Below, one piece after another: positions 48,468-57,078 of a stretch of DNA of 64,000 nucleotides. This DNA comes from Candidatus Methanosuratincola verstraetei (GTDB lineage Archaea > Thermoproteota > Methanomethylicia > Methanomethylicales > Methanomethylicaceae). The first letter of the stretch is position 1. Every line of letters starts with the position of its first letter. The translations under genes and the position numbers were made by a program. The stretch spans positions 480,001 to 544,000 of the forward strand of contig CP186953.1 of assembly GCA_049570475.1 (NCBI GenBank), written 5' to 3'. Below the pieces are notes generated by a model. It worked only from the letters and a program-made list of their open reading frames with translations. It made no database searches and was not told where the DNA came from.

Positions 48468-49889
48468 CTACTGCCGTATGCGGTGTTTGTGTGCCTCGTA
48501 GAATTCAGGCATGTGCTTCTCGACTAGGCTCAGCATCTCTTCGTCGCTGATCGAGAGGGCCTCCCCGGAATCAAACTTTTTGAGCACTTCCTTGTAGATC
48601 TTCATTACCCCCTCAGATTCCTTGTCCACCTTCTCCCCGTTCTTAAGACCAAAGTAGTAGTTTATCCAGAATGCAACGCCCGCGTTTCCGGAGTACGGGG
48701 TTATCGACACTCCAGGGGGGACGCCAAGCAGCTTCTCCGTGTCGAAAGGCAGGTACATCTCTATGTTTTTCAGGGCCCCGTCTGCATGGATGCCCGCCCT
48801 CGTAACGTTGAAGTTCCTTCCAACGATTGGGTAGTAGGGAGGTATGTAGTAGCCAATATTCCGCCGGTAATAGTGCGCCATCTCTGTGATTGCGAGCGTG
48901 TTCATCCCGTCCAGCCCTCCCTTCAGACCGGAGTATATGAATACCATAGCCTCGAGCGGGACATTGCCAGCGCGCTCGCCGATCCCTAGCAGGGTCGTGT
49001 TGTTAAGCGAAGCCCCGTACATCCAAGCGGCCGTGGCGTTGGCTATACCGAGGTGAAAGTCGTTGTGGCCGTGGAACTCGAGGTACTCGGAAGGGACTCC
49101 AGCAAGCTGCCGCATGAGATAGAATATCTTGGGTATGCTTCTGGGCAACGCAGCCTTTGACCAAGGCAGCCCGAGCCCCAGGGTATCAGGAATCCTTAGT
49201 TTCACAGGAATCCCGTATTTCTCTGAAAGCTGCATGAGTCGCTTGGCAAATGGGATCACGACCCCCAAGATGTCGGCACGGGTGCAGTCCTCCACATGTG
49301 CGCGCATGATTATGCCAGATTTTAGCCCCTCCTCCACAACATCGAGGTATTTCTGGATCACCTGGGAGCGGCTCAAGCCCTTGAACTTGTAGAATATGTG
49401 GTAGTCCGAAATGGACGCCAGCATCCCGACCTCGTCGACTTTGGCCTCCTTGGCTATCTTGAGGTCTTCTTTGCTGGCCCTGATCCACCCTGTGATCCGG
49501 GGGTAATCAAACCCGAGTTCTCTTACCCTTGATACTGCCTCTTTGTCCCTCTGGGTGTAGAGGAAGAACTCGGACATGAGGATCTTGCCTTTTGGCCCTC
49601 CTATGCGGTGGAGAAAGGTGTAGAGGTCTACTATCTGGTTCACCGTGTACGGATCCCTTGACTGCTGCCCGTCCCGGAAGGTCGTGTCAGTTATCCAGAG
49701 ATTATCAGGGACTTCCATAGGGACATCTATGCCGTCCCAGATAATCTTTGGGGGGGATTCGAACGGGAATATGTCCTTGTAGATCTTTGGGGATTGAGTC
49801 TCAGCAACCTCGTACTCAGAATAGTCTATCCGCTCTCCCTTCAACGCCTTGAGAAGGTCGTCACGCGCCTTTTCGTTCAAGAGGGACAT
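48468..49889 (-). CDS. Re-citrate synthase-like DRE-TIM metallolyase (IPMS superfamily)
   Basis: WITDTTFRDGQQSR (RDGQQ), HGHND, GERAGN, TRAGIHADG; no C-terminal regulatory domain. Confidence 0.8.
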   Translation of the reverse strand: MSLLNEKARDDLLKALKGERIDYSEYEVAETQSPKIYKDIFPFESPPKIIWDGIDVPMEVPDNLWITDTTFRDGQQSRDPYTVNQIVDLYTFLHRIGGPKGKILMSEFFLYTQRDKEAVSRVRELGFDYPRITGWIRASKEDLKIAKEAKVDEVGMLASISDYHIFYKFKGLSRSQVIQKYLDVVEEGLKSGIIMRAHVEDCTRADILGVVIPFAKRLMQLSEKYGIPVKLRIPDTLGLGLPWSKAALPRSIPKIFYLMRQLAGVPSEYLEFHGHNDFHLGIANATAAWMYGASLNNTTLLGIGERAGNVPLEAMVFIYSGLKGGLDGMNTLAITEMAHYYRRNIGYYIPPYYPIVGRNFNVTRAGIHADGALKNIEMYLPFDTEKLLGVPPGVSITPYSGNAGVAFWINYYFGLKNGEKVDKESEGVMKIYKEVLKKFDSGEALSISDEEMLSLVEKHMPEFYEAHKHRIRQ

Positions 49890-50112
49890 CCACTATACAC
49901 TCCGGGAAACAAATGGTTTATTATTTAATAGCTTTTAAATATATCGCTTGAAAAGTGAACTTGAATTAGTCTTCACCATTAACATTAAAAAATATTTCAA
50001 ATTCGCCATGTTTGACTATAATGATGTTTGAAAAAAGGGCATGCAGGCTCAAAAAAATTTAGAAAAATGCAAGAATTGCCTTTCTTTTTTTGAAAAAAGA
50101 ATTTACAAATGT

Positions 50113-50220
50113 AAAGTGGGCGCAGGGCATTCCCCTGCGGGGCTTTCGCCCTCAGTCCGTCGCAGGTTCAACATCTTTAGCATTCTGACTTGACTGGGAC
50201 GGCTTCTTCATCCCCAACCC
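50113..50220 (-). ncRNA. Box C/D methylation guide sRNA with 3' two-hairpin extension
   Basis: C AUGAAGA (50211-50205), D' CAGA (50187-50184), C' AUGUUGA (50174-50168), D CUGA (50155-50152); both guides antisense to recalled conserved 23S rRNA motifs. Confidence 0.72.
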
Positions 50221-50520
50221 CTAATTCCCGCGTATCTCTTTTATTTTTTCCTTCGCCTTCTTTATGGTCCCAGCCGAGACGATCGAGGTTGCGTGCCCCC
50301 CTGAGAGCTGCAGTTCGATCCTGCGTCCCAGGCTGCACTGGATGGCCTTCAGCGCCATTTGATCCAGCTTTACAATTGCGTACTGCCCGTCAGAACCGAC
50401 CAATTTTATCCTGGATTCCGGTGGCGAGAACTTGGCTATGGCGGTGGGGATCAGGCGGGGGTTAAGCCCCCCGGAGCTTTTGAACACCAAGTACCTAGTC
50501 CTGAGATCCCTGCACTTCAA
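50221..50520 (-). CDS. rnp2: RNase P protein Pop5 (short, divergent)
   Basis: RYLVF N-terminus, SAGTIKKAK C-terminus, superoperon position. Confidence 0.75.
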   Translation of the reverse strand: MKCRDLRTRYLVFKSSGGLNPRLIPTAIAKFSPPESRIKLVGSDGQYAIVKLDQMALKAIQCSLGRRIELQLSGGHATSIVSAGTIKKAKEKIKEIRGN

Positions 50521-50563
50521 AACATATCCCCAAATAAAGTATTCCAGACAAGGATAAAAAAAT

Positions 50564-50992
50564 TCATGCCAGGTTGAGGAATCGGAGGATCTTCGATTCC
50601 TCCCCCTTCCTGAGTTGGACGGATATCTTTACCCTGATTACATCATCACTGTCAGAAAGGCGGAGGGATCCGGAGAAGGCTTTTTGCTTGTCTAGCCGCA
50701 AGAAGAAGGTTGACCTTGAGTCGAAATAACGGTCCATCTCGTCCCTGAGCCGAAGGATGTCCCCGGGCGGGAGCAGCTTTGTGATGTAATCCACCACATC
50801 CTTAGCGGCTGAGCCCTCCTCCTCGAGAGAGGCTATCCGTATCTCGTTCCCATGGTGGCCCTTAGCGAGGGTGTATTTGACTGCGGCAGAGCCGCGAATC
50901 GCCTCTGGAAGGAGGTTCAGCAGAGCCTGCTCGACCTTTTTCTGGTCCTCTGTCGCGTGGCATATCAGGCTCATTGAGACTTTCGATATCAT
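50564..50992 (-). CDS. Exosome-operon RNA-binding protein (COG1325/DUF54)
   Basis: HATED, GHHGNEI, FLRLDKQKA. Confidence 0.9.
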   Translation of the reverse strand: MISKVSMSLICHATEDQKKVEQALLNLLPEAIRGSAAVKYTLAKGHHGNEIRIASLEEEGSAAKDVVDYITKLLPPGDILRLRDEMDRYFDSRSTFFLRLDKQKAFSGSLRLSDSDDVIRVKISVQLRKGEESKILRFLNLA

Positions 50993-51028
50993 AAGAAACT
51001 GCACCAGGTTTTATGAAAAACGTAAAGA

Positions 51029-51045
51029 TTGCCCTTTGAGGGCAA
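51029..51045 (-). terminator. Perfect 7-bp hairpin followed by T-rich tract after rpl15e
   Basis: TTGCCCT-CAA-AGGGCAA then TCTTTACGTTTTT on the minus strand. Confidence 0.45.
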
Positions 51046-51059
51046 ATGGCGTGCTTCTC

Positions 51060-51578
51060 TCAAAGGCCCCTTGCACGCTTTCCGGCTGCGGTCAGGCCTC
51101 TGTAGACTCGGCCGCGCTGTGCAGGATGGGTTATCCAGCAGAGATCCTTGTCGCTCTGGATGGATGGGTTCGATGGATCGACAAGTATGACTTCATACCA
51201 CGCATACCTGCCGTCTGACCCGACCCAGTAGCTGCCCAAGACATTCATGTTCGGGAACTTCTTTGCAGCCCTCTCTTCAGCTATCCATCTCACGCTCTTA
51301 TTGACAGTGAGGCCGTAGATCCCCATCCGCTTGGGGCGCCGCCCTGAACGCGGGCGCTGCACATTCATAGGACCCCTTATCACCCTTACTCTAGCCACAA
51401 CAATGCCAGGCTTTGCCTTGTACCCAAGAGACCTGGCCTTGTTGAGCCGTGTAGGATGCTCGAGCGGGCAGACTGCGGGCTCGCGCCGCCACTTGATGAG
51501 GCGCTCTGTGCGCAGGCTCTTCACTAGCCCCTCTCCGGGGCTCCGCCACGCATCCCTGATGTATTTGTAAGCAGACAT
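51060..51578 (-). CDS. rpl15e: 50S ribosomal protein L15e
   Basis: ARSLGYKAK, GRRPKRMG, SYWVG, YEVILVDP. Confidence 0.96.
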   Translation of the reverse strand: MSAYKYIRDAWRSPGEGLVKSLRTERLIKWRREPAVCPLEHPTRLNKARSLGYKAKPGIVVARVRVIRGPMNVQRPRSGRRPKRMGIYGLTVNKSVRWIAEERAAKKFPNMNVLGSYWVGSDGRYAWYEVILVDPSNPSIQSDKDLCWITHPAQRGRVYRGLTAAGKRARGL

Positions 51579-51596
51579 TGTCGCACCAACCGCAGA

Positions 51597-52523
51597 CTAA
51601 AGCGTCTTAAAGGCGTTTATAATGTTTTCGGCTATGAGTACGGCTCCCAGCGACTGGGCCTCCCTAGTCTGGGCGCCTATGTGCGGGGTAGCAATCACAT
51701 TGGGGAGGGATACAAGCTCCTTCTCCTCAGGTGTCTCCGGGGGTTCGTGCTCGAATACGTCCAAGGCGGCACCTGCGATCCTCCCGCTTTTCAGGGCCCT
51801 CAAGAGCGCGGCTGTATCGACAACCTCCCCCCTTGAAGCGTTTATGAAGAATGCGCCTTGCTTCATAGATGAGAAGGCAGAGTCGCCAAACATGTGGTAA
51901 GTCTCTGGCAAGAGAGGCACATGAACGGTCACCACATCAGACCTGGAGAGAAGATCTTCGACCCGGTTTACCCTCTCTGCACCTAGCCTTGCTAGGGCGC
52001 CCTCGTCGACAATGACATCGTAGACGAGTATATTCATGCCAAATGCCCTGGACCTCTCCGCGACTGAACGCCCTATCCTCCCGAAGCCGACCACCCCAAG
52101 GGTCTTGCCGTTCAGCTCGGTGCCATGGAGCTTCTTCTTCTCCCACAGCCCCCGCTTCATTGAATCGTTTGCTATGTGTATTCGCCTTGCAAGGCTGAGC
52201 ATCATCCCCATCACAAGCTCAGCCACTGCAACGGTAGACATCTGAGGGGTGTTGAGGACCTTTATCTTGGCCTCCTCAGCAGCCTTGACGTCGATTGTGT
52301 CAAGGCCCACCCCGACCCTCCCGATGACCTTGAGATTCTTTCCCATTTCAATTATTTCGCGCGTTACCTTGGTCCTGCTCCTTACGATTAGCACATCATA
52401 GAGCCCGATTATGCTCTTGAGCGAATCGTATGAGATGTCAAATTTCTCGTCGACTTCGAACCCTGCGGCCCTAAGCCTCGATCCGCACTCGGCATCGACC
52501 TCATCGGCAATCAGCACCCTCAT
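51597..52523 (-). CDS. serA: D-3-phosphoglycerate dehydrogenase-like 2-hydroxyacid dehydrogenase (no ACT domain)
   Basis: VRSRTKVT, GVGLD, GFGRIG, ATPHIGAQT. Confidence 0.8.
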   Translation of the reverse strand: MRVLIADEVDAECGSRLRAAGFEVDEKFDISYDSLKSIIGLYDVLIVRSRTKVTREIIEMGKNLKVIGRVGVGLDTIDVKAAEEAKIKVLNTPQMSTVAVAELVMGMMLSLARRIHIANDSMKRGLWEKKKLHGTELNGKTLGVVGFGRIGRSVAERSRAFGMNILVYDVIVDEGALARLGAERVNRVEDLLSRSDVVTVHVPLLPETYHMFGDSAFSSMKQGAFFINASRGEVVDTAALLRALKSGRIAGAALDVFEHEPPETPEEKELVSLPNVIATPHIGAQTREAQSLGAVLIAENIINAFKTL

Positions 52524-52722
52524 CTGGGGACACCTAGCGTCATCTAAACCCTCAAGGGCTGTAAAATAGTTTATGCTCCAGTCAAAAACTAAGGGGGCGG
52601 AGGGATCGCAGCGGATCCAGGATCGCGCCCGTACGGCACATCAGGCTGCCTTTGATGCCGCAAGAGGTCCAGCAGATTGGGTTAATATAGATTCGGCGCA
52701 GAAATATTAGAGGAGCTTTAAA

Positions 52723-53934
52723 ATGATAGCAGGTCTGGTAGGCAAAACGCATGTAGGCAAGACAACCTTCTTCTGCGCCAGCACTCTTGCCCCGGCCAAG
52801 ATAGGGGCGGTGCCATTCACCACAATAGAGCCTAACCAAGGGATCGCCAGCATAAGGGTAAAGTGCGTGTGCAGTGAGATGGGAGTCAAAGACAATCCCA
52901 GGAATTCGGTCTGCATCGATGGGATCAGATGGGTTCCAGTGAAACTAGTAGATGTGGCTGGGCTCGTCCCTGACGCTCACAAAGGCCGCGGACTCGGGAA
53001 TAAGTTTTTAGATGACCTGCGCCAGGCGGACGGCTTCATACAGGTAGTCGACGCATCGGGCAGCACGGACGCCAATGGGAATGCCTGCCAACCCGGGGCC
53101 AGAGATCCCGTCGACGACGTGAGGTTCCTTGAGCATGAGATAACGATGTGGATGACAGGGATCCTGAAGAAAGATTGGGACAGGGTCGTCAAAGGAATAA
53201 GGCAGCTCAAGGAGGACGGTATCACGCTGCTAACCGAGAGGCTCACAGGCCTGATGATAAGCAGGCGGCATGTCTTGGCTGCGATCGGCGCGAGGGAGGA
53301 GCTGAAAAAGAGGATTGACGAGTGGACAGAGGAAGATTTGAGGACGTTCGTTGAGGAGCTGAGGAAGGCCTCAAAACCGATGGTGATTGCCGCGAACAAG
53401 ATAGACATAAGGCAGGCAGAGGAGAACATCGAGAGGCTGAGGCAGGAGTTCAAGGACAGGACGGTTATCCCCTGCTCGGCAGAGGCCGAGCTGGCATTGA
53501 GGCTTGCAGCCAAGAAGGGGATAATCAGCTACAACCCAGGCGACCCAGATTTCAAAGTTCTCAAGCAGGAGAGCCTGAACGAGAGGCAGAAAGAAGGGCT
53601 TCGCAGGATAAAAGACCTTCTAGAGAAGTGGGGGAGCACAGGGGTGCAGGAAGCTTTAGAGAGCATTTACAAGAAGGAGCTGAAGATGATATCGGTATTC
53701 CCAGTCGAGGATGCGAACAAGCTGACAGACCACAAGGGCAACGTGCTCCCTGATGTTGTGCTTGTCCAGGAAGGGACTACTGCAAGGGGGCTGGCCTACA
53801 AGATCCACTCGGATCTGGGCGAGGGATTCTTGCATGCGATCGACGTCAGAACAGGGCAGAAGATCGGCGAAGACTACAGGATCAAGGACAGGGATATCAT
53901 CAAGATAGTCTCCGCAAAAGGCGTGCGGGGTTAG
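52723..53934 (+). CDS. ychF: Obg-family translation-associated NTPase YchF (archaeal type) with TGS domain
   Basis: GKTHVGKT, PFTTIEPN, DVAGLV, GLGNKFL, NKID, IHSDL. Confidence 0.92.
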   Translation: MIAGLVGKTHVGKTTFFCASTLAPAKIGAVPFTTIEPNQGIASIRVKCVCSEMGVKDNPRNSVCIDGIRWVPVKLVDVAGLVPDAHKGRGLGNKFLDDLRQADGFIQVVDASGSTDANGNACQPGARDPVDDVRFLEHEITMWMTGILKKDWDRVVKGIRQLKEDGITLLTERLTGLMISRRHVLAAIGAREELKKRIDEWTEEDLRTFVEELRKASKPMVIAANKIDIRQAEENIERLRQEFKDRTVIPCSAEAELALRLAAKKGIISYNPGDPDFKVLKQESLNERQKEGLRRIKDLLEKWGSTGVQEALESIYKKELKMISVFPVEDANKLTDHKGNVLPDVVLVQEGTTARGLAYKIHSDLGEGFLHAIDVRTGQKIGEDYRIKDRDIIKIVSAKGVRG

Positions 53935-54236
53935 CCGAACTTCTTGAAGTAGTAGCCCGACTCCCGCTTCTCCCCGAATGACCTGATCCCTGATTCAGCG
54001 ATCCTCTTCCTCAGGGAGTCGGCGTAAGCCTTCGAGATCTCTCCCCTCTTTTCCATGAAGTCAATGACTTCTAGGCCTTCCGCATCCGTGCTGCACCGCT
54101 GGAGGAAGTCAATGACAGACGGATCGTATCCCCTGCCCCTGTCAACCTTCAAGGGGTGGGCGCCCCCCATATCTGAGCTGATCTCCCTGTAGAGGTTTGG
54201 ATAATCCCGCTTCAGCTCCTTCTCAGAAAACCCCAT
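53931..54236 (-). CDS. DUF2095 family protein
   Basis: GYDPSVIDFLQRC, GIRSFG, GYY. Confidence 0.85.
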   Translation of the reverse strand: MGFSEKELKRDYPNLYREISSDMGGAHPLKVDRGRGYDPSVIDFLQRCSTDAEGLEVIDFMEKRGEISKAYADSLRKRIAESGIRSFGEKRESGYYFKKFG

Positions 54237-55801
54237 CAGCCTTGACCTCCGATAGCCTTCCGGTATTCATGCAGCAAAAAAGATCTGCCTGGTCCCCCTT
54301 TTATCGATTCCCAAGGCAGGGGTTCATCCTCGGAATAATTAGGCTGCATCGTCCCAAAGTCCTTCTTGATGCCCTTGAGCACGCGCCTCCATGTCCCGAG
54401 GTCGCCTTGGCCGCCCTCAGAGACGTCCTTGAGCGCGATGAGCAGGGCGGATGAGGCCTCCCTGCCTGATACAGACAGAAACGACTGCACTGCCCCCCAC
54501 CTGTAATCCATCGACTCAAACCTCCGTATCCCCAGATCAGAGCAGATCTCCCTCATCCTTGATACCCTGGATCTGTACTCTGGCTCGCTGACCATGCGGG
54601 TCCACTGGAATGGCGTATTTCCCTTCGGGATCATTGGGTTCACGCTTACGTGGATCGATCTCGGGTCGAAACCTGCCGAGATCGCCCCTGCGAGCATCGG
54701 CCGCAGCAGCTCCAGATCTGTCATGGCTTCGCCAGGTATCCCCACCATGAAATAGAGCTTCAAGGATCTTATGCCAGCCCTTCGAGATGCCTCAAGGAAC
54801 GCTGCCATTTCCGATTCGTCGAGGGGCTTGTTTATCACCCCTCTCAGGCGGCTTGAAGGCGACTCTGGGGCGATCGTGATTGACCGTTGACCGCCTGCGG
54901 CAAGGAGATCGGCCAAATCACTGCCCTTCTTCGAGACCCTAACAGACGGCAGCGAGTATTTTACATGCCTGTCGCGCATCCATGCCAGGATCTCGCATAT
55001 TTCCCTGTGGTCGAAGAACGCAGAACTTATGCACGTGACCCGATCGAGACCCGAGAGGGGCAGGCCTTGTTCCAAGATCTCCGTCACCTTTCTGTAGGAG
55101 CGCTCCCTCTTGGGCCTGTAGAGGAAACACTCCAGGCAGAACCTGCACCCTCTGTTGCAGCCCCTGCTTACCTCGAGCAAGAATGTCGAGGAGAATCCCT
55201 GCCCAGAAACCGGGTGGACTTGTCTGACCGCGTGCGGTGCATCCTCAAGCGAGTCCACAATCCCGCGCTCGGCCTCAACGCCTGGGGCGTAAAGGCCCGG
55301 CCTGGATCCTGCCAACTGCTTGGGGCCATCCCCCTCTGAGAGCCTGTCTAGGAGGTAGTCGAGGACAGGCTCTGACTCGCCCACAACAAAGAGATCGACA
55401 AAATCCTCAAGGGGGGACGGGTTGGAGGATACGGCGGGTCCGCCGGCGATCACTACGGGGCGCTTCCTTCGGGAAGCGAAGAGCTCGATCGAGGAAGAAT
55501 CAAGCATGTCAAGCATGCGGAGATAGTCGATCTCATGCTGGAGGGAAAACCCCACGACATCGAACGCGCCAAGCGGAAGGTTCGACTCCAGGCTGACCGG
55601 AGGGACCCTGAACCCCGAGAAGAAGAAGCGTTCGCAGAGGCAGTCCTCCCTGCTGTTTATGAGCTCATAGAGTAGCCTTACAGCAAGGTTGCTGATCCCG
55701 ACAGAATATGGGCTCGGGTAAGCCAGGGCGAACTTTAGCCTCACCTTCCTGTGGTCTTTCTTGACTACGTTCCTCTCGAACGGTATAAGTATAGAATTCA
55801 C
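54236..55801 (-). CDS. Radical SAM protein with B12-binding-like N-terminal domain (YgiQ/TIGR03960-like)
   Basis: YPSPYSVGISNL, GGP, EVSRGCNRGCRFC, TIAPES, KLYFMVGIPGE. Confidence 0.88.
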   Translation of the reverse strand: MNSILIPFERNVVKKDHRKVRLKFALAYPSPYSVGISNLAVRLLYELINSREDCLCERFFFSGFRVPPVSLESNLPLGAFDVVGFSLQHEIDYLRMLDMLDSSSIELFASRRKRPVVIAGGPAVSSNPSPLEDFVDLFVVGESEPVLDYLLDRLSEGDGPKQLAGSRPGLYAPGVEAERGIVDSLEDAPHAVRQVHPVSGQGFSSTFLLEVSRGCNRGCRFCLECFLYRPKRERSYRKVTEILEQGLPLSGLDRVTCISSAFFDHREICEILAWMRDRHVKYSLPSVRVSKKGSDLADLLAAGGQRSITIAPESPSSRLRGVINKPLDESEMAAFLEASRRAGIRSLKLYFMVGIPGEAMTDLELLRPMLAGAISAGFDPRSIHVSVNPMIPKGNTPFQWTRMVSEPEYRSRVSRMREICSDLGIRRFESMDYRWGAVQSFLSVSGREASSALLIALKDVSEGGQGDLGTWRRVLKGIKKDFGTMQPNYSEDEPLPWESIKGGPGRSFLLHEYRKAIGGQG

Positions 55802-57078
55802 CGCCTCGGGCGCATTTCAAATTCCACTTTCGAGACGACCACGGTCTCAGGGGGGACGTCCCTATGGACAGAGGCGTGTGGGCCTATCCAGCTAGAGTGC
55901 CCGATCTTTACGCCAGGGTAGATCGAGACGTTGATCCCGGTCTTCACTCCGTCCCCAAGGAATGCCCCCAGCTTCCTGTGCCCGGTGTCCACCATCTTCC
56001 CCTTCAGCGATGCCCTGATGTTTCTTTCGTCAAACCTCAGGTTGGCAGTGATTGTCCCTGCACCTATGTTGCAGTCCCTGCCCAGAACGCTGTCGCCTAT
56101 GTATGAGAGGTGACCTATGTGGGTTCGTTCCATGATGACGCTGCCCTTGATCTCGCACGCGTTGCCCACCCTCACGCCTTGTGCCAGGTAGGTGTAAGGC
56201 CTGAGATAACAGTTAGGTCCGACCCTGCAGCAAGAAGAGATCCAGACGGGGCCCTCAATGTATGAGCCTGACATGACTGTTGCACCCCTTTCGATTACAA
56301 CATCGCCCCTTATCTGTGCCCCCTCCTCAACGACCCCCTCGACTGATCTCCCCTTCACAAGCTCGTCGAGCAGGAGGCGGTTTGCCTCAAGCACGTTCCA
56401 AGGCCTCCCAACATCGACCCAACTCTCGCCATCCAGCTCATACACTGAAAAGACCATCCCGCCCTCAGTGGCGAGGTTGATTGTGGTGGTCAGCTCATAC
56501 TCGCCCCTCTCCGAAAGGGGCGTGATGTCAAGGTACTTGAGCAGGCTTCCGGGGAGGAGGTACATGCCTGCGTTCACCAGGCCTGGAGCTGGTTGAGAGG
56601 ACTTCTCCATTATCCGTAAGAGGCGCCCGCCGCTCGATTCAATGGCGCCATATTCGGAGGCATTGGGAAGCTTCACCGCTCCGATCACCGCCCCCCGCTT
56701 GCCGGACTCCTCCCAAAAAGAGACCATCCCAGCCAGGGACGATGGCTTGAATGCGAGGTCTCCGTAGACAAGGAGAAAGTCGTCGCCACCGATGAGCGGC
56801 GCAGCCGCCCGGAGCGCGTCGCCAGTCCCACCTGTGTGCCCCTGATCGACGTATTCGACCCTGACCGAGAATGCGCTGCCATCGCCTATGCATGAAGCTA
56901 TCTGATCAGCCATGTGGTGGACGACAATTATTATCTCATTTATCCCGACCAATTTCAAAGCCCGGATTGTGTGGAAGATGAGGGGCGAACCCCCTATGGG
57001 AAGGATGTGTTTCGGGCGGCTGCTGTTCAATGGGTCAAGCCTCTCACCCTTCCCAGCAGCGAGTATAACGCCCTTCAT
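55798..57078 (-). CDS. glmU: Bifunctional sugar-1-phosphate nucleotidyltransferase/acetyltransferase (GlmU-like)
   Basis: LAAGKGERL..PK, hexapeptide repeats, HLSYIGDS, KLGAFLGD. Confidence 0.88.
   Translation of the reverse strand: MKGVILAAGKGERLDPLNSSRPKHILPIGGSPLIFHTIRALKLVGINEIIIVVHHMADQIASCIGDGSAFSVRVEYVDQGHTGGTGDALRAAAPLIGGDDFLLVYGDLAFKPSSLAGMVSFWEESGKRGAVIGAVKLPNASEYGAIESSGGRLLRIMEKSSQPAPGLVNAGMYLLPGSLLKYLDITPLSERGEYELTTTINLATEGGMVFSVYELDGESWVDVGRPWNVLEANRLLLDELVKGRSVEGVVEEGAQIRGDVVIERGATVMSGSYIEGPVWISSCCRVGPNCYLRPYTYLAQGVRVGNACEIKGSVIMERTHIGHLSYIGDSVLGRDCNIGAGTITANLRFDERNIRASLKGKMVDTGHRKLGAFLGDGVKTGINVSIYPGVKIGHSSWIGPHASVHRDVPPETVVVSKVEFEMRPRR

Noticed and set aside
50138-50167. CUGA...GAAA on the minus strand resembling a hammerhead ribozyme core
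   Set aside because: Lacks the GA of CUGANGA and has no stem II; box D plus a GNRA hairpin explains it better.
50159-50172. Plus-strand GTCGCAGGTTCAA resembling a tRNA T arm (split tRNA or att site)
   Set aside because: No closing T stem or acceptor strand; it is the antisense of the C' box and D guide.
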